The notes under the pieces are model-generated. The model was not told the origin of the DNA. It was given only the letters and a program-made list of their open reading frames with translations, and made no database searches. Shown here one piece after another: positions 1 to 10,597 of a DNA stretch of 64,000 nucleotides. The stretch spans positions 61,003 to 125,002 of the forward strand of contig CAVXSF010000009.1 of the NCBI GenBank assembly GCA_963764345.1, written 5' to 3'. A program made the translations under genes and the position numbers. Each line of letters begins with the position of its first letter. The first letter of the stretch is position 1. The DNA comes from an uncultured Bacteroidales bacterium. Its GTDB lineage: Bacteria > Bacteroidota > Bacteroidia > Bacteroidales > GCA-2748055.

Positions 1-1
1 G

Positions 2-439
2 AACATGCTCGTCTTTTTCTCTTTCGGCATCCATGTGGAGAGTATTTTTAAAGGTCTTGAGGCCAGTCATCTGCTTTTTTCCGCTCCGCTTACCTACGTC
101 ATTTTATATTTCGGTGGCATGATCATAGCAACCCTCTCTACCTTTTTCAAACACAAGGATGATCCGAATTATGCTTCGGTAGGGGCTTCGGGTGCGGTGT
201 CAGCGGTCCTGTTCACGAGTATATTTTTTTCGCCCCTCGACAAGATCCTGTTTTATGGAGTTATCCCCATGCCCGGTTTTGTCTTTGGTATTCTGTATCT
301 TGTATATTCAACCTTTATGGGACGGTCGGGTCGTGGTAACGTCAATCACGATGCCCATCTCTGGGGTGCAATATTCGGATTTATTTTCCCCCTTTTCATA
401 CAGCCGTCCCTGCTTCAGCAATTCATAAGCCAGTTTTAG
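2..439 (+). CDS. Rhomboid family intramembrane serine protease (5' partial)
   Basis: Hydrophobic helices, catalytic GASG motif and NHDAHLWGA His motif; frame open to the window edge. Confidence 0.9.
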   Translation, partial: NMLVFFSFGIHVESIFKGLEASHLLFSAPLTYVILYFGGMIIATLSTFFKHKDDPNYASVGASGAVSAVLFTSIFFSPLDKILFYGVIPMPGFVFGILYLVYSTFMGRSGRGNVNHDAHLWGAIFGFIFPLFIQPSLLQQFISQF

Positions 440-440
440 G

Positions 441-926
441 ATGAACAAAGCTGTTTTTTTCGACCGTGATGGTGTCATCAACAATGAGGAAGGTCTGTAT
501 TATATATACCGGCCTGAGGATTTCAGGTTTAATCCGGGCATTAAGTCTGTCCTGAAAACGCTCGGGGACCGCGGGTATCTTTTGATCCTTATAACCAACC
601 AGGGAGGGATTTCAAAAGGATTGTACACGAGGGAGGATGCTGCGCACATTCACCTTCGTATGGCTGAAGAACTGGGCCGTGACGGCATTCATTTCAGCGA
701 GGTATATATGTGCCCGCATCACCCCGATGTGGAGAACTGCCTTTGCCGTAAGCCGAAAACCCTTTTATTTGAGAAGGCTTTGTCCCGCTTTAACATTGAC
801 ATCCTTTCTTCCTGGTTTGTGGGAGACCGGGAAACCGATATCGAAGCCGGCCGGAAAGTGGGTTTAAGGACAATTTTGGTGGAGCCGAATCAGGATATGC
901 GTTTTCTGGCAGACAGGATTATCTGA
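441..926 (+). CDS. gmhB: D-glycero-D-manno-heptose 1,7-bisphosphate phosphatase (HAD IIIA)
   Basis: FFDRDGVIN, TNQGGI, CPHHP..CLCRKP zinc loop and GDRETD motifs. Confidence 0.88.
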   Translation: MNKAVFFDRDGVINNEEGLYYIYRPEDFRFNPGIKSVLKTLGDRGYLLILITNQGGISKGLYTREDAAHIHLRMAEELGRDGIHFSEVYMCPHHPDVENCLCRKPKTLLFEKALSRFNIDILSSWFVGDRETDIEAGRKVGLRTILVEPNQDMRFLADRII

Positions 927-946
927 ACAGGGAGGATTCCGGCCGG

Positions 947-1534
947 TCAGTTCATTCCGGGATTTTCCGGAAAGTTGGCCCACACCTGGTATTTGTTATT
1001 CATCCGTTTCAGAACATCATTCCAGAAACTGGTCTTATCCGATTCCATAATCAGGGTTGGGTCCAGTTCGCCTACCAACCAGGCATTCTCATCGAGCTCT
1101 CCTTTGAGCTGGTTTGGCGCCCATCCCGAATAACCAAGGAAAAACCGAACCTGCCGGCTTGTCACGTCACCTGAGTTGATCAATGATTTTAGCTTATCAA
1201 AGTCACCTCCCCAGTATATATTTTCAAATACGTGAACACTTTCAGGAATGAGTTCGCCAAGAGTATGAATAAAATGCACGGTATTTGTATTCACCGGCCC
1301 GCCAATCGAGATACCGGTTTCTATTGAAGGAAAATCCTGGATTACATCCTGGATATGCAGATCCACCGGTTTATTTAAAACGAAGCCCACTGATCCTTCA
1401 TCCGAGTGTTCCGTAAGCAGGACAACCGATCTTTTAAAATAGGTATCACTCAGGAAAGGTTCTGAGATCAAAACCCTTCCGGGGCTGGCCAATTTATCGT
1501 TTTTTATCTTAAAGAAATCGATGTTAAGGCTCAT
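947..1534 (-). CDS. YqgE/AlgH (DUF179) family protein
   Basis: F.RSVVLL.EH, GFVLNKP, GGPV, FLGYSGW.P.QL..E motifs. Confidence 0.9.
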   Translation of the reverse strand: MSLNIDFFKIKNDKLASPGRVLISEPFLSDTYFKRSVVLLTEHSDEGSVGFVLNKPVDLHIQDVIQDFPSIETGISIGGPVNTNTVHFIHTLGELIPESVHVFENIYWGGDFDKLKSLINSGDVTSRQVRFFLGYSGWAPNQLKGELDENAWLVGELDPTLIMESDKTSFWNDVLKRMNNKYQVWANFPENPGMN

Positions 1535-1789
1535 TGAAATCGTGTTTAACGATCCGAACTAATTTCTACTAATATAAAACGTGTATTTTCAAAATATGGT
1601 CTATGAGGATAACTTTTTGACAAAAAGGTAAATAATGTAGTTATTCTGAATTATTTTACTGACCTACATAAAAGACAGCTTAAAGCATGATGAAGTTGCA
1701 CCAGTTCGACGATGAATCCATAATATACTGTAATACAACCGATTATACATCAAGGATAAAATGCATAAGGCCGCCGGGCAATTTTCAGC

Positions 1790-4243
1790 TTAAAACAAGG
1801 ACGGGAATTTCCGGGGATCGGATTCCCTCATCAGTTCATATACGGTTTCGAAGACATCTTCTGCATTGGGATTGGAAAAATAATCGCCGTCGGTGCTATA
1901 AGCAGGCCGGTGTTCTTTGGCCGAAATGGTCCTGGGACCGGCATCCAGGAAAGAATAACCGCCCTGTTCTTCCAGGACTTTTTGCATCATATAGGCGGAT
2001 GCGCCGCCAGGCACGTCCTCATCGAAGAATACAACCCTGTTGGTCTTTTTCAGCGATTCCACGATACTCTGACGGATATCGAAAGGCAGCAAAGTCTGAA
2101 CATCGATCAGCTCAACGCTGATATCAAATTCCTCCAGTTGTTTTACTGCCGTCTCAGCGATCCTCACGCAACTTCCGTAAGTAACCAGCGTCAGGTCTGT
2201 GCCCGGATGGAGTATTTCGGGAATTCCCAGTGGTATTTTGAACTCTCCAATGTTATCAGGCAGTATTTCCTTAAGCCGGTAACCGTTAAGGGGTTCGATG
2301 ACCAGAGCCGGATCGTCGGCTTCCAGGAGTGTGTTATAGAATCCTGCAGCACGTGTCATATCCCGGGGAACGCACACAAAAATTCCACGAAATGAGTTAA
2401 TCACCATACTGAGAGGTGAGCCGGAATGCCAGATGCCTTCAAGGCGGTGTCCGCGCGTGCGGATGATCAGCGGGGCAGCCTGTCCGCCGCATGTACGGTA
2501 GTGAAGCGTTGCCAGGTCGTCGCTTACCGTCTGAAGACCGTATAAAAGGTAATCGAAGTACTGAATTTCAGCGATAGGCCTGAGTCCCCGTAAGGCAAGT
2601 CCGATACCCTGTCCTATGATAGTGGTTTCCCTGATGCCTGTATCCGTAACCCTGAGTTCACCATATTTTTCCTGCAGACCTTCCAGCCCTTTGTTGACAT
2701 CGCCGATTTTACCGGTATCCTCCCCAAAAGTCAGCAGGAGAGGATATTTTGCAAAAAGGTAATCAAAATTCTTCTGAAGGATCTCCCGTGCATTCAGGAC
2801 AGGTGATTGCTCCGTCCATACAGGTTCAACAGCTGTAACGCGGAGAGCGGAGCGGCTTGATTCATTGTAAAGATGCGAGCTGTAGTTCCGGATGTTCGCC
2901 TGATCATAATCCCGCAGCCAGTCTCCGATATCTTTTTGAAGATGCTGCCGTACCGGGCAGTCGGCACAGATTTGCCGGAGAATCCGGCGGGCAGTACTCA
3001 TCACATCCCTTCGGATCGGGTTGGCAATCCTCTTAAGGTCGTTGGTGAGTGAGGCAATCTTGTCAAAATGATCATTCCGGCAATGGCAGGAACGGTTATT
3101 TATGATCGCCAGAAATTTCTCTCTCTCGTCGCGGATGGCAGTCGTATAATTTTTCCATGCTTTTCGTTGGGCCTGACGGGCTTCCTCTTCTGCTTCCTGT
3201 TCGATCCTGTCCAGCATGGCAGCCACCTCGATATGATTTTCCAGTATCCACTGTCTCATTTTTACAAGGGGGTCATTGTCTTTCTCCCATTCCAGCCGCT
3301 CTTCAGGCTTATACCGTTCCTGTGATCCGGAAGTGGAATGCCCCAGGGGCTGGACCATCTCATCAATATGAAAAACCACCGGCACATGCTCCTTCCTGCA
3401 CCTGGATATCCCCTCGTTAAATATCCGGATCAGCCCGGCATAATCCCAGCCGTGACCATAATATAAAAGGATGCCGTTGGTGTGGTCCTCCTTGACAAAG
3501 CCCCGGAGAGCTTCAGAAATGCTGGCTTTAACGGTCTGGAAATCCCTGGTGACAGAAATACCATAACCATCATCCCAAACGGCAATCGCCACAGGGATCT
3601 GCAATACAGCTGCCGCATTCACCGTTTCGAAAAAATGTCCTTCCGTCGTGCCGGCATCCCCAATCGTTCCAAACGCCACCTCATTTCCCCCATGAGAAAG
3701 ATCGGTGTAATCACGCAGTGCCGGATTCTCCCTGAATAGTTTTGATGCATAACCAAGGCCTACCAGTTTGGGCATCTGACCTGCCACCGGCGAAAGATCG
3801 GCGGCGGTATTTTTCATCTCTGAAAGCTTTTTCCAGCTTCCGTCAGGATTCAGGGACCGGCTGGCAAAGTGATTATTAAAAGACCGTCCTCCGTTGGAGG
3901 GATTATATTCAAGATCAGTATCACCGTATATCTGGGCGAAAAATTCCACGGTATCCGACATGCCCGTTGCCATGAGAAAGGTCTGGTCGCGGTAATATCC
4001 CGATCTCCAGTCCCCCGCCCTGAAATTCTTCGCCAGGGCAATCTGGGCAATCTCCTTACCATCCCCGAATATCCCAAATTTGGCTTTACCAGACAGAACC
4101 TCTTTCCTTGCAATCAAGCTGCATTGGCGACTTAAATGCGCCAGCCTGTAATCGGCTAAAACCTCCTCCCTGAATTCCTGAAAACTAATTTCCTGCTCCT
4201 GTCCTGTCACGTATAAGGGATGGATATCTGTAGGCTGCGGCAT
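1790..4243 (-). CDS. 2-oxoacid (branched-chain type) dehydrogenase E1, fused alpha/beta subunits
   Basis: YYRD, TPP-binding GDAG..EG, GHSTS in the alpha part; GED, DTGIRE, AEIQ, HS, DVQTL.P in the beta part. Confidence 0.88.
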   Translation of the reverse strand: MPQPTDIHPLYVTGQEQEISFQEFREEVLADYRLAHLSRQCSLIARKEVLSGKAKFGIFGDGKEIAQIALAKNFRAGDWRSGYYRDQTFLMATGMSDTVEFFAQIYGDTDLEYNPSNGGRSFNNHFASRSLNPDGSWKKLSEMKNTAADLSPVAGQMPKLVGLGYASKLFRENPALRDYTDLSHGGNEVAFGTIGDAGTTEGHFFETVNAAAVLQIPVAIAVWDDGYGISVTRDFQTVKASISEALRGFVKEDHTNGILLYYGHGWDYAGLIRIFNEGISRCRKEHVPVVFHIDEMVQPLGHSTSGSQERYKPEERLEWEKDNDPLVKMRQWILENHIEVAAMLDRIEQEAEEEARQAQRKAWKNYTTAIRDEREKFLAIINNRSCHCRNDHFDKIASLTNDLKRIANPIRRDVMSTARRILRQICADCPVRQHLQKDIGDWLRDYDQANIRNYSSHLYNESSRSALRVTAVEPVWTEQSPVLNAREILQKNFDYLFAKYPLLLTFGEDTGKIGDVNKGLEGLQEKYGELRVTDTGIRETTIIGQGIGLALRGLRPIAEIQYFDYLLYGLQTVSDDLATLHYRTCGGQAAPLIIRTRGHRLEGIWHSGSPLSMVINSFRGIFVCVPRDMTRAAGFYNTLLEADDPALVIEPLNGYRLKEILPDNIGEFKIPLGIPEILHPGTDLTLVTYGSCVRIAETAVKQLEEFDISVELIDVQTLLPFDIRQSIVESLKKTNRVVFFDEDVPGGASAYMMQKVLEEQGGYSFLDAGPRTISAKEHRPAYSTDGDYFSNPNAEDVFETVYELMRESDPRKFPSLF

Positions 4244-4327
4244 AAATATCTAATTTTACATGAAAATCAGGCAATAATAAATGAGTCTGATGGTTTAAAA
4301 GACATTGAAATATCTTAATAAATCTGT

Positions 4328-4335
4328 AATTTTGT
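4328..4335 (+). promoter_or_regulatory. Candidate Bacteroidota sigma-A -7 element (TAATTTTG)
   Basis: Matches TAnnTTTG about 45 nt upstream of the small ORF at 4379. Confidence 0.45.
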
Positions 4336-4378
4336 CGACAATTAGACAGACAAATTTTAACTTCAAATTGTTCAAGCA

Positions 4379-4612
4379 TTGATTAAGATTTTGTTATTAT
4401 CTGTAGTGCTTTTAAGCATTTCCATGATAGGCCTGGCATTTAATATCCTGTTCAGGAAAAACGGGAGATTCCCTGCGTATGAGATCGGTCGTAACAAAGA
4501 CATGAAGAAGCTCGGGATTACCTGTGTGAAACATGAAGAATATAAATGCTTTAAAAACCTCCGGAATACGGATTGCGCCGGATGTGAAAGCATATTCGGG
4601 AATGATGAGTAA
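4379..4612 (+). CDS. Small single-TM Cys-rich protein (TTG start)
   Basis: N-terminal TM helix, then KNGRFP...KKLGITC and further Cys including CAGC; resembles the neighbouring ORF. Confidence 0.7.
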   Translation: MIKILLLSVVLLSISMIGLAFNILFRKNGRFPAYEIGRNKDMKKLGITCVKHEEYKCFKNLRNTDCAGCESIFGNDE

Positions 4613-4658
4613 ACATTTCCGGAACGTAGTTGTTTGATGAGCAAAGGAGGATGTCATC

Positions 4659-4856
4659 ATGTTAAAAGTTCTAATACTTGCCATACTGTTAATGCTTCTG
4701 GCTTTTGCTGCCATGTCGGTCAGACTAATATTCGACCGTAAAGCGGAATTCAGGGGAGGCAGTTGTGCCGCTTCATCACCTGAACTTAAAAAGCAGGGGA
4801 TCAGTTGTGGTTGCGGTGAAAGTTGTTATACCGATCAGGAGGAACCGGCGGCCTGA
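4659..4856 (+). CDS. Small single-TM Cys-rich protein, NqrM (DUF539)-like
   Basis: TM helix followed by GGSC...GISCGCGESC; AAGGAGG upstream; abuts apbE. Confidence 0.72.
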   Translation: MLKVLILAILLMLLAFAAMSVRLIFDRKAEFRGGSCAASSPELKKQGISCGCGESCYTDQEEPAA

Positions 4857-4870
4857 GTCTGTTCAGCTGA

Positions 4871-5884
4871 TTATTCCTCTTTGATGATCAGCGATTTGAA
4901 TCCTTTCGTATAATACTCCTTATAATTTCCTTTATCATCATTGTAGATAAGATACGCCTCAAGTTCCGGGTGTTCCTTCAGCAGAGTTTTACTTTTCTCC
5001 AGGCCAAGAACCATGCAGGCAGTAGCATAGGCGTCAGCCGTAATACAGTCATCAGCAACGACAGATGCACTTAGCAGCCGCCTCATCACGGGGTATCCTG
5101 TTTTCGGATCAATGGAATGGGCATATTTGACTCCATTCTTTTCGTAAAATTTCCTGTAGTTACCACTTGTAGCCAGCGCCCTGTTCTCGATGCGGACAAT
5201 AGCCTGCAGGTCGGAACCGGGGATCATGTTCCCAAAGTCGGGACGGTCAATCCCGATCTTCCATATTTCATCCCTGGGATTGAGTCCTTTGGTTCTCAGC
5301 TCCCCACCGATTTCAACCATATAGTTCTTAACGCCATGCTCCTCAAGAAAACGGGTAGCTACATCGACCGAGTAACCCTGGGCAAGTGCATTGTCGTCAA
5401 TGGTTACGTGCGGGTCAGATTTTATGAGCCGGTCACCTTCAATACGGATCTTATCCATTCCCACATACTGAAGTAAACTATCGATCATACTGCTGTCAAC
5501 TTCTGCCTTAGGTCCCGGGCCAAAACCCCAGGCATTTACCAGGGGCATGACGGTAATATCGAAGGCCCCGTCAGAAGCCTGGTAAACCGCCTTTGCAACA
5601 TCATATACTTCCCTGAATTTCGCATCCACGATCAAATCCTCATTCCGGTTTATTTTTGATATCAGAGAATTAGGAATATAAGTGGAGAGTGAAAGATCAA
5701 AGCTGTGCAGAAGGGAATCGATCTCTGGTTGAAAATTGATCGAATCCTTCACGCCATAGGTAATATGGTAACTTGTCCCCTGGGTGAAGCCCGTAATTTT
5801 AAAATAGGTAAGGTTACCTGATGGCCGGCATGATGCAAGGAAAAGCATGATCAGGAGTAAAACCCCCGGGATTTTGGTTTTCAT
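4871..5884 (-). CDS. apbE: FAD:protein FMN transferase ApbE (lipoprotein)
   Basis: LASC lipobox, GAFDIT..PLV.AWGFG, A.GY.VD, EIGGE, ATSGNY, H.IDP.TG, ADA.AT; directly downstream of nqrF. Confidence 0.95.
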   Translation of the reverse strand: MKTKIPGVLLLIMLFLASCRPSGNLTYFKITGFTQGTSYHITYGVKDSINFQPEIDSLLHSFDLSLSTYIPNSLISKINRNEDLIVDAKFREVYDVAKAVYQASDGAFDITVMPLVNAWGFGPGPKAEVDSSMIDSLLQYVGMDKIRIEGDRLIKSDPHVTIDDNALAQGYSVDVATRFLEEHGVKNYMVEIGGELRTKGLNPRDEIWKIGIDRPDFGNMIPGSDLQAIVRIENRALATSGNYRKFYEKNGVKYAHSIDPKTGYPVMRRLLSASVVADDCITADAYATACMVLGLEKSKTLLKEHPELEAYLIYNDDKGNYKEYYTKGFKSLIIKEE

Positions 5885-6078
5885 TTCAGTATCATTTTAA
5901 TGTTTTCCGGTCATGACCAGGTATGAACCGGCAAATGCAGGGCAGGGCTATGTGAGATGGCCTAAACGATCATGTCAAACGTGATGCATATTTACATGTT
6001 GTATAAGGGCCGGACAAATAATCCTTTATGCTAAGAGATAAACAGACTCATAAAAGGTTCAGGGTTTATCGTCCTGTA

Positions 6079-7332
6079 TTATCCTCCAAAATCGTCATAA
6101 TCGACCATTTCATCAGGAACACCCAAATCGTAGAGCATTTTCATGACGGCATCGTTCATCATGGGCGGACCGCAGAGGTAGAATTCGATATCTTCGGGTT
6201 CCTCATGTTTGCTGAGGTATTCATCGTAAACCACCTGGTGGATAAAACCTTTATACCCATTCCAGTTATCTTCCGGCAGGGGCTCCGAGAGAGCGATATT
6301 GAACTTGAAGTTAGGAAATTGCTTTTCAATTTTCCTGAATTCGTCTTCATAGAAGATTTCCCTTTTAGATCTGGCCCCGTACCAGTAACTTACTTTCCTG
6401 TTGGTTTTAAGGGTATGGAAAAGGTGAAAGATATGTGAACGCAGAGGTGCCATTCCAGCGCCACCCCCGATATAAACCATTTCGCGGTCGGTATCCTTGA
6501 TAAAGAATTCACCATAGGGTCCGGATATGGTCACTTTATCTCCCGGTTTTCTTGAGAAAATATAAGATGAACATATCCCGGGGTTGACCTTCTTGAACTG
6601 GCCCTTTGCCCTGTCCCAGGGTGGCGTGGCAATACGGATGTTCAGCATGATGATGTTTCCTTCAGCCGGGTGGTTGGCCATAGAATAAGCCCTGAACGTT
6701 TCCTCAGGGTTCTTCATTCTAAGATCCCACATATTGAACTTATCCCATTCATCCCTGAACTGTTCCTCAACGATCATATCCCTGAAGTCGACATCTATTT
6801 TCGGTACGTCGATCTGGATATAACCTCCCGACTTAAATTCAAGGTGTTCCCCTTCGGGCAACTTCACTTTGAATTCCTTGATAAAGGTTGCTACGTTTCT
6901 GTTGGAGACCACTTCACATTCCCATTTCCGGATACCCATGACCTCTTCGGGTACCCTGATGGACATATCGTTCCGTACCTTAACCTGGCAACCCAGACGC
7001 CAGTTGTCCTGTTGTTCTTTCCTGGTAAAGAAACCGGTTTCAGTGGGCAGAATTGAGCCTCCGCCTTCAATCACCTGGCATTTACACATACCGCAGGTAC
7101 CGCCACCACCACAGGCAGAAGGCAGAAAAACGTCCTGACCGGACAGTGTGCTCAGTACGGTATTCCCGGGTGAGACGGTAAATACTTTATCATTGACTTT
7201 AAGGGTTACCTCACCCTGAGGGCTTAATTTGGCCTTAGCAACCATGAGGATCAGCACCAGCAGGAGGATGATCCCCAGGAAAAATGCTATACTGATCAAT
7301 ACTATTCCTAATTCTGATGTAAGAAGAACCAT
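6079..7332 (-). CDS. nqrF: Na+-NQR subunit F
   Basis: [12 protein letters not shown] 2Fe-2S motif, [20 protein letters not shown]-terminal DDFGG. Confidence 0.97.
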   Translation of the reverse strand: MVLLTSELGIVLISIAFFLGIILLLVLILMVAKAKLSPQGEVTLKVNDKVFTVSPGNTVLSTLSGQDVFLPSACGGGGTCGMCKCQVIEGGGSILPTETGFFTRKEQQDNWRLGCQVKVRNDMSIRVPEEVMGIRKWECEVVSNRNVATFIKEFKVKLPEGEHLEFKSGGYIQIDVPKIDVDFRDMIVEEQFRDEWDKFNMWDLRMKNPEETFRAYSMANHPAEGNIIMLNIRIATPPWDRAKGQFKKVNPGICSSYIFSRKPGDKVTISGPYGEFFIKDTDREMVYIGGGAGMAPLRSHIFHLFHTLKTNRKVSYWYGARSKREIFYEDEFRKIEKQFPNFKFNIALSEPLPEDNWNGYKGFIHQVVYDEYLSKHEEPEDIEFYLCGPPMMNDAVMKMLYDLGVPDEMVDYDDFGG

Positions 7333-7357
7333 TTTCTTTACAATTCCTTATTTAACA

Positions 7358-7975
7358 CTAAAGTTTTATTCCCATAAAGCTCATAAAAGCAATACCCATC
7401 AATCCGGTGATGATAAACGTAATGCCCAAACCCCGCAATGGTGCAGGGACATTGGAGTACCGTATTTTCTCCCGGATAGCTGCAATACTGATAATAGCCA
7501 GAAACCAACCAACGCCTGAGCCCAGGCCAAAAGCGGTAGCTTCGGCAATATTGGCATATTCCCTTTCCTGCATGAAAAGTGAACCGCCGAGGATAGCGCA
7601 GTTTACGGCAATCAGTGGAAGAAAGATCCCAAGTGTCGAGTATAACGCCGGACTGAATTTCTCGATGATCATTTCAACAAGCTGAGTCATCGACGCGATA
7701 ACTGCGATGAACATGATAAAGCTAAGAAAGCTGAGATCGACATCTGCCAGTTTGGGGCTGAGCCAGGTAAGTGCTCCGGTTTTCAGAAGGTAATTCTGTA
7801 GAATATAATCCACCGGAACGGTAAAACCCAGAACGAAAACAACGGCAATGCCGAGGCCTGCAGATGTTTTTACCGTTTTTGATACAGCAAGGTATGAACA
7901 CATACCAAGGAAGTATGCAAAAATCATGTTGTCGATAAAAACACTCTTCACAAATATATTAATCAGGTTTTCCAT
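7358..7975 (-). CDS. nqrE: Na+-NQR subunit E
   Basis: [34 protein letters not shown]. Confidence 0.97.
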   Translation of the reverse strand: MENLINIFVKSVFIDNMIFAYFLGMCSYLAVSKTVKTSAGLGIAVVFVLGFTVPVDYILQNYLLKTGALTWLSPKLADVDLSFLSFIMFIAVIASMTQLVEMIIEKFSPALYSTLGIFLPLIAVNCAILGGSLFMQEREYANIAEATAFGLGSGVGWFLAIISIAAIREKIRYSNVPAPLRGLGITFIITGLMGIAFMSFMGIKL

Positions 7976-7990
7976 TTTTCAATCCGTTAT

Positions 7991-8635
7991 TTATTTGTCC
8001 TCTATTAAATGTCTGTTACGTCCTCTCTGGATCCAGATAATGATTCCCACCGTAACCAGCGCCATCGGGGGAAGGATCATCAATCCGTTGTTTGAGTATC
8101 CGGCATCATACCATGACTGGGGAATAACCTTCATGCCCCAGAAAGTACCGGAGCCAAGAAGTTCCCTGAAAAAAGACACGATGACGAGGATAAGGCCGTA
8201 ACCGGCGGCGTTCCCGATTCCATCGAGAAACGATGGCCACGGCTTATTACCCATGGCGAAGGCTTCCAGTCGGCCCATCAGGATACAGTTCGTAATGATT
8301 AATCCGACAAATACGGAAAGTTGCTTACTGACATCATAGGCATAAGCCTGTAAAAATTCATCGACCAGGATAACCATGGTGGCAATTACCACAAGCTGGA
8401 CAATAATCCTAATACGCGGAGGGATTAACTTCCTGAGCATGGATATGACAACGTTGGAGACTGCCAGTACGGCCATTACCGAAACAGCCATAACAACGGA
8501 ATTCTCCATTTTAACGGTGATGGCAAGTGCCGAACATATACCCAGAACCTGCACGGTGATGGGATTGCTTGTTCCCAGGGGTTCTGTAAGCAGCTTAATA
8601 TTTTTTGTTGAAAATAAAGGTTCTCTGTCGCTCAT
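7991..8635 (-). CDS. nqrD: Na+-NQR subunit D
   Basis: NPITVQVLGICSALA, GLIITNCILMGR.EAFA. Confidence 0.97.
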   Translation of the reverse strand: MSDREPLFSTKNIKLLTEPLGTSNPITVQVLGICSALAITVKMENSVVMAVSVMAVLAVSNVVISMLRKLIPPRIRIIVQLVVIATMVILVDEFLQAYAYDVSKQLSVFVGLIITNCILMGRLEAFAMGNKPWPSFLDGIGNAAGYGLILVIVSFFRELLGSGTFWGMKVIPQSWYDAGYSNNGLMILPPMALVTVGIIIWIQRGRNRHLIEDK

Positions 8636-9378
8636 TTCTGACCTCCTTCTTTCATTTGTTTCTTCATGTAGTTCACATAAGGGTTTATACTGTCCAGGAG
8701 CATCTTCTGAAGACCCTTACTGGTGATGGTACCACCGGAAACCGCATCGACACCATGGGGATTATCGGGTGAAGTGCCGCCTTTGACCACTTCAATGGAC
8801 ACAAAATCACCGGCCTCATTGAATAGCTTTTTACCTTTAAATTCCTTCTGGAACCAAAGTTCGGAAATTTCTGCACCAAGCCCGGGAGTTTCTTTCTCAT
8901 TGGCGAAAACAGTACCGTATATGGTATTATAGTCTTCATTTAAAGCCACATACCCCCATATCGGCCCCCACAAGCCTTTACCACGCACCGGAATGATATA
9001 CTTTTTCTCACCTTCAGGCGTGGTGTAAATAAACAGGGGAAGATTTCTCTGATCCGGGGCTTTCTCGTATTCCGCCTTCAGATTTTTGGTTATATCAAAG
9101 GCATCATGGCCCTCTACCACATCCCCCTTCGAGTTCACAACAATACTGCTGGTGATATATTTCTTAAACAGCCCTTCGATAAATGTGTCCTTATTTTCCG
9201 CTTCTTTAACCCCCTCGGTCATATTCACCGACTGAAGAATACCCTGCTTGATTTCGACTTCCACGTTTCTTTCCTGCGCAGGTTTAAGTTCTTCAGAAAC
9301 AAATGAAAGAAGCGCGGCAACGATAATCACCAGTATTGAAGCGAAACTGAATATGTAAAAATTACTAAACTTCTTCAT
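8632..9378 (-). CDS. nqrC: Na+-NQR subunit C
   Basis: G.GLWGPIWG, ETPGLGAEI, flavinylation motif DAVSGGTITS. Confidence 0.96.
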   Translation of the reverse strand: MKKFSNFYIFSFASILVIIVAALLSFVSEELKPAQERNVEVEIKQGILQSVNMTEGVKEAENKDTFIEGLFKKYITSSIVVNSKGDVVEGHDAFDITKNLKAEYEKAPDQRNLPLFIYTTPEGEKKYIIPVRGKGLWGPIWGYVALNEDYNTIYGTVFANEKETPGLGAEISELWFQKEFKGKKLFNEAGDFVSIEVVKGGTSPDNPHGVDAVSGGTITSKGLQKMLLDSINPYVNYMKKQMKEGGQK

Positions 9379-9388
9379 TTTATACTGT

Positions 9389-10567
9389 TTACGCTGTTAC
9401 TTTAACTCTCTTTAATCTTTGTTTGATATTTGCTTCAATCACGTAATGATCGATGAGCGGGGCAAATACATTCATCAGCAGAATGGCCAGCATCACACCT
9501 TCCGGATATGCCGGATTCAAAACCCTGATCAGGATGGCAAGAACGCCAATCAGGAAGCCGTAAATCCATTTGCCTTTGGCAGTCTGTGTGGCAGTAACCG
9601 GATCGGTGGCCATATAAACCGCACCGAAGGCAAAGCCACCCAGCATAAGTTGTTCGTACCACGGAACAGCCATAAATGTATTCACCGCCAGTACATTCAA
9701 TAATAATCCCATGGCAGCACCCCCGGCAAATACGGAGAGGATAATTTTCCAGCTGCCCACACCGGTATAAATCAGGATGACCGCACCGATGAGAATGGCA
9801 ATCGTGGAAGTTTCACCGAATGAACCCGGGATAGTGCCGGAGAACATATCCCATAGATGATAGGGATGGCCTATCCCGTTCACAAATTCTTTTGCGCCGG
9901 CAGCAGCCTGACCGAGGATCGTTGATCCGGAAAATCCGTCGACGATGTGCTGTCCGCTTTTCAAACCCGAAATCCAGACTTGGTCACCCGACATTTGCGA
10001 AGGATAGGCGAAGAACAGGAATGCCCTGGCAGTAAGGGCCGGATTCAGAACATTCATGCCTGTTCCCCCGAAAACCTCCTTCCCGATGATCACCGCAAAT
10101 GCAGTAGAAACGGCTACCATCCATAACGGAACGTCGATGGGCATAATGAGCGGGATCAACATTCCGGTCACCAGGAATCCCTCGTTAACGTCATGTCCGC
10201 GCATCTGTGCAAAAATGAATTCGATACCCAGACCAACGACATAAGAGACGATAATCATGGGTAATATCTTAAGAAATCCGTAAAAGAATGTCGTCCAGAA
10301 ATCCATCGGGGTACCGGAAGCCAGAAAATGCTGGTATCCGGTGTTCCACATGCCGAAGAGTAATGGCGGTATCATGGCCAGCACGACAACGGACATAGCT
10401 CTTTTCATATCATTGTTGTCACGGATATGCGCCCCGGCCGTTGTAACCTTGTTGGGTACGTAAAGAAAAGTCTCAAAGGCATCAAAAGTGGAATGAAGCT
10501 TTTCATACTTCCCTCCTTTCTCAAAATGAGGCTTAATCTTATCAATAGCTTTTCTTAAACCTTTCAT
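9389..10567 (-). CDS. nqrB: Na+-NQR subunit B
   Basis: HIRD, KEVFGGTG.N..NPAL, flavinylation motif DGFSGST, MATDPV, YPEG.M; ATG at 10567 chosen as start. Confidence 0.96.
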   Translation of the reverse strand: MKGLRKAIDKIKPHFEKGGKYEKLHSTFDAFETFLYVPNKVTTAGAHIRDNNDMKRAMSVVVLAMIPPLLFGMWNTGYQHFLASGTPMDFWTTFFYGFLKILPMIIVSYVVGLGIEFIFAQMRGHDVNEGFLVTGMLIPLIMPIDVPLWMVAVSTAFAVIIGKEVFGGTGMNVLNPALTARAFLFFAYPSQMSGDQVWISGLKSGQHIVDGFSGSTILGQAAAGAKEFVNGIGHPYHLWDMFSGTIPGSFGETSTIAILIGAVILIYTGVGSWKIILSVFAGGAAMGLLLNVLAVNTFMAVPWYEQLMLGGFAFGAVYMATDPVTATQTAKGKWIYGFLIGVLAILIRVLNPAYPEGVMLAILLMNVFAPLIDHYVIEANIKQRLKRVKVTA

Positions 10568-10597
10568 AATATTATAATACACCAATTTAAACGAATA

